Source of the DNA: Octopus bimaculoides
Taxonomy: Eukaryota
NCBI RefSeq assembly: GCF_001194135.2
Contig: NC_068984.1
Span: 44,518,166 to 44,582,165 of the forward strand
Direction of reading: 5' to 3'
Length of the DNA stretch: 64,000 bases
Shown here: piece by piece, positions 61,440-64,000 of the stretch
Layout of the letters: every line of letters begins with the position of its first letter
How positions within the stretch are numbered: position 1 is the first letter of the stretch
The notes under the pieces: model-generated
The model's database searches: none
Seen by the model: only the letters and a program-made list of their open reading frames with translations
Told to the model about the DNA's origin: nothing
Position numbers and translations under genes: made by a program

Positions 61440-63390
61440 AAGACGAAGACAGGTGGTGTAGACAAGAAACAGATGTATCAGTTTAATGCTCGGGAAGTGA
61501 AGAAGTCTTTAACGTTTCAAGCCTATGGTCTTCCACAGAAAGGAACACAGAAAGAAACAAGGAGAGAAAATAAAGAATGTGTAGTGGGTAGCGATCTATC
61601 ATGGCGAATGCCGGACAGAGGGGTCACACAGGAGANNNNNNNNNNGATCTATCATGGCGAATGCCGGACAGAGGGGTCACACAGGAGAGCTAGGAAGAAG
61701 GGGAGATAATAAAGCAGTGGTGATCCCAAAACAAAGGTGTGTGTGTATAAGAGAGCATGTATGTGCGTGTGGAAGAAGGCTCGTGACCTTGACGTGTGCG
61801 TGTGTGCATGTGTAGGTGTGTGGATGATGGTGTGGGTCCTGGGAAGTGGTCAGTGCTAGTGTATGTGTGGTGGTGTGATGTGATGTGGTGTTGTGTGGTA
61901 TGGCAGTGTGTGATGTGGTGGTGTGTNNNNNNNNNNNNNNNNNNNNNNNNNNNNNNNNNNNNNNNNNNNNNNNNNNNNNNNNNNNNNNNNNNNNNNNNNN
62001 NNNNNNNNNNNNNNNNNNNNNNNNNNNNNNNNNNNNNNNNNNNNNNNNNNNNNNNNNNNNNNNNNNNNNNNNNNNNNNNNNNNNNNNNNNNNNNNNNNNN
62101 NNNNNNNNNNNNNNNNNNNNNNNNNNNNNNNNNNNNNNNNNNNNNNNNNNNNNNNNNNNNNNNNNNNNNNNNNNNNNNNNNNNNNNNNNNNNNNNNNNNN
62201 NNNNNNNNNNNNNNNNNNNNNNNNNNNNNNNNNNNNNNNNNNNNNNNNNNNNNNNNNNNNNNNNNNNNNNNNNNNNNNNNNNNNNNNNNNNNNNNNNNNN
62301 NNNNNNNNNNNNNNNNNNNNNNNNNNNNNNNNNNNNNNNNNNNNNNNNNNNNNNNNNNNNNNNNNNNNNNNNNNNNNNNNNNNNNNNNNNNNNNNNNNNN
62401 NNNNNNNNNNNNNNNNNNNNNNNNNNNNNNNNNNNNNNNNNNNNNNNNNNNNNNNNNNNNNNNNNNNNNNNNNNNNNNNNNNNNNNNNNNNNNNNNNNNN
62501 NNNNNNNNNNNNNNNNNNNNNNNNNNNNNNNNNNNNNNNNNNNNNNNNNNNNNNNNNNNNNNNNNNNNNNNNNNNNNNNNNNNNNNNNNNNNNNNNNNNN
62601 NNNNNNNNNNNNNNNNNNNNNNNNNNNNNNNNNNNNNNNNNNNNNNNNNNNNNNNNNNNNNNNNNNNNNNNNNNNNNNNNNNNNNNNNNNNNNNNNNNNN
62701 NNNNNNNNNNNNNNNNNNNNNNNNNNNNNNNNNNNNNNNNNNNNNNNNNNNNNNNNNNNNNNNNNNNNNNNNNNNNNNNNNNNNNNNNNNNNNNNNTGAA
62801 GGAGTGTAGGGGTTGGTTAGGCAAGATGTGCTAAGTGGAGGGATCGGACCGGAGTTGCCAGAAGGCTCGGAGAATGGTGCGTTGGAAAGGTAGGGTGGTA
62901 GGTGAGGGGAAACACGAGATGGAGGGACGGCTGCAGGGGGAGAGAGCAGATGCACGGTCCACAGAATGTGCTCTGGCAAGGGCAGTGTGGATAGTGGTGA
63001 GGGGATATCCATGTAGGATGAAGTGGTGAGCCATCAGTTGAGACTGAGTCTCAAAGTCATGGTCAACACTGCAGAGCCTGTATAGATGGAGGAATTGGGA
63101 ATAAGGGATAGAGGGCTTGGTGTGTTTAGAGTGGGAGGAGGAGAAGCTGAGGTATGAGTGTAAGTCTGTGTGTTTGTAGTGGATGGAGGTGATGAGAGTG
63201 GAGTGATGAATGCTGACCGAAATGTCAAGAAAGGAGACAGAAGTGTCAGAGATAGTGCAGAAGAAGTGGAGGGCAGGGTGGAAAGATTTGACAACAGAGA
63301 GGAAGGAGTCTAGAGGTTCGTGGGAGAGTGAGGTCGCACAGATACAGTCGTCAATATAATGGCCATATAGTTCGGGAGTGGGACCAGTAT
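61440..63390 (-). mobile_element. Second Penelope-like element: RT C-terminal half plus pLTR-like 3' end, spanning an N gap
   Basis: YIDDC, VSFLDI, YKHTDLHSYL..SSH..IPYSQFLHLYRLCS..GYP. A GAAAC-containing terminal motif lies at 61512-61538. Continuity across the 61927-62796 gap is inferred. Confidence 0.8.
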
Positions 63391-64000
63391 GTATATATAT
63401 ATGTAAGTATATATGTGTGTATATATACATGTATATATAACTTTGATAACTTTGGTAGGTTTTGGCCAGTATAGGCCCAAGCCATGGTTGAGGTAAAGTA
63501 ATAGTGACGTAATGTTGCTATATGTACTGAGTTCGATTTTTGTAGTGGGTGGATAGCATGGGGGCCAAGTCTTATATGGATTTTAAAATTGATACCAACA
63601 TCATTTGTGCAATATTGATGGAATATTTTCCACATCACACAAATGATGTAGCGCTCCCGGCGGCATTGGAGAGAGTAGAGATTACTCTCTTTCACTTGTT
63701 TCAGTCATTTGACTGCGGCCATGCTGGAGCACTGCCTTTTAGTCGAATAAATTGACCTCAGGACTTATTCTTTGTAAGCCTAGTACTTATTCTATCGCTC
63801 TCTTTTGCCGAACCACTAAGTTATGGGGATGTAAACACACCCGCATCAGTTGTCAAGCGATGTTGGGGGGACAAACACAGACACACACATACATATGTAT
63901 ATACATAAATACAACGGGCTTCTTTCAGTTTTCGTCTACCAAATCCACTCACAAGGCTTTGGTTGGCCTGAGGCTATAGTAGAAGACACTTGCCCAAGGT

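Noticed and set aside
61593-61688. 43-bp direct repeat resembling a pLTR duplication
   Set aside because: Identical copies flank a 10-N gap; this is the same assembly artefact.

Overview
AT-rich, microsatellite- and SINE-dense animal DNA with assembly gaps. The repeat families look like octopus to me; this is an inference from recognising the repeats, not a database result. Two intron-containing genes lie in tandem on the minus strand. (1) The 5' part of VPS13B: 11 coding exons from the ATG at 20213 down to 808, about 924 codons, all GT-AG with consistent phases; the gene continues past the left edge. (2) A complete TMEM243 CDS: 4 coding exons, 56076 to 41662, 122 aa. The ORF track misses every TMEM243 exon in its coding frame. 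Between the genes is a CpG-richer block (about 21.8-33.7 kb) holding candidate VPS13B promoter elements, a CpG-rich MULE-type MITE with a 9-bp TSD, a decayed Penelope-like element and the best find of the window. That find is a tRNA-derived SINE with a perfect 22-bp TSD, split inside its Pol III promoter by a 1.64-kb gag-only L1/Tx1-like element whose 3' end matches the SINE's own tail at 21/26 nt. This suggests a SINE-targeting LINE and its partner SINE caught in one locus. Also present are RTE, REL-type and CR1-like LINE fragments, a second Penelope-like element, piggyBac-type MITEs, several SINE families, and inverted repeats in introns that are candidate ADAR or back-splicing substrates. 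No CRISPR array, rRNA or genuine tRNA gene was supported.
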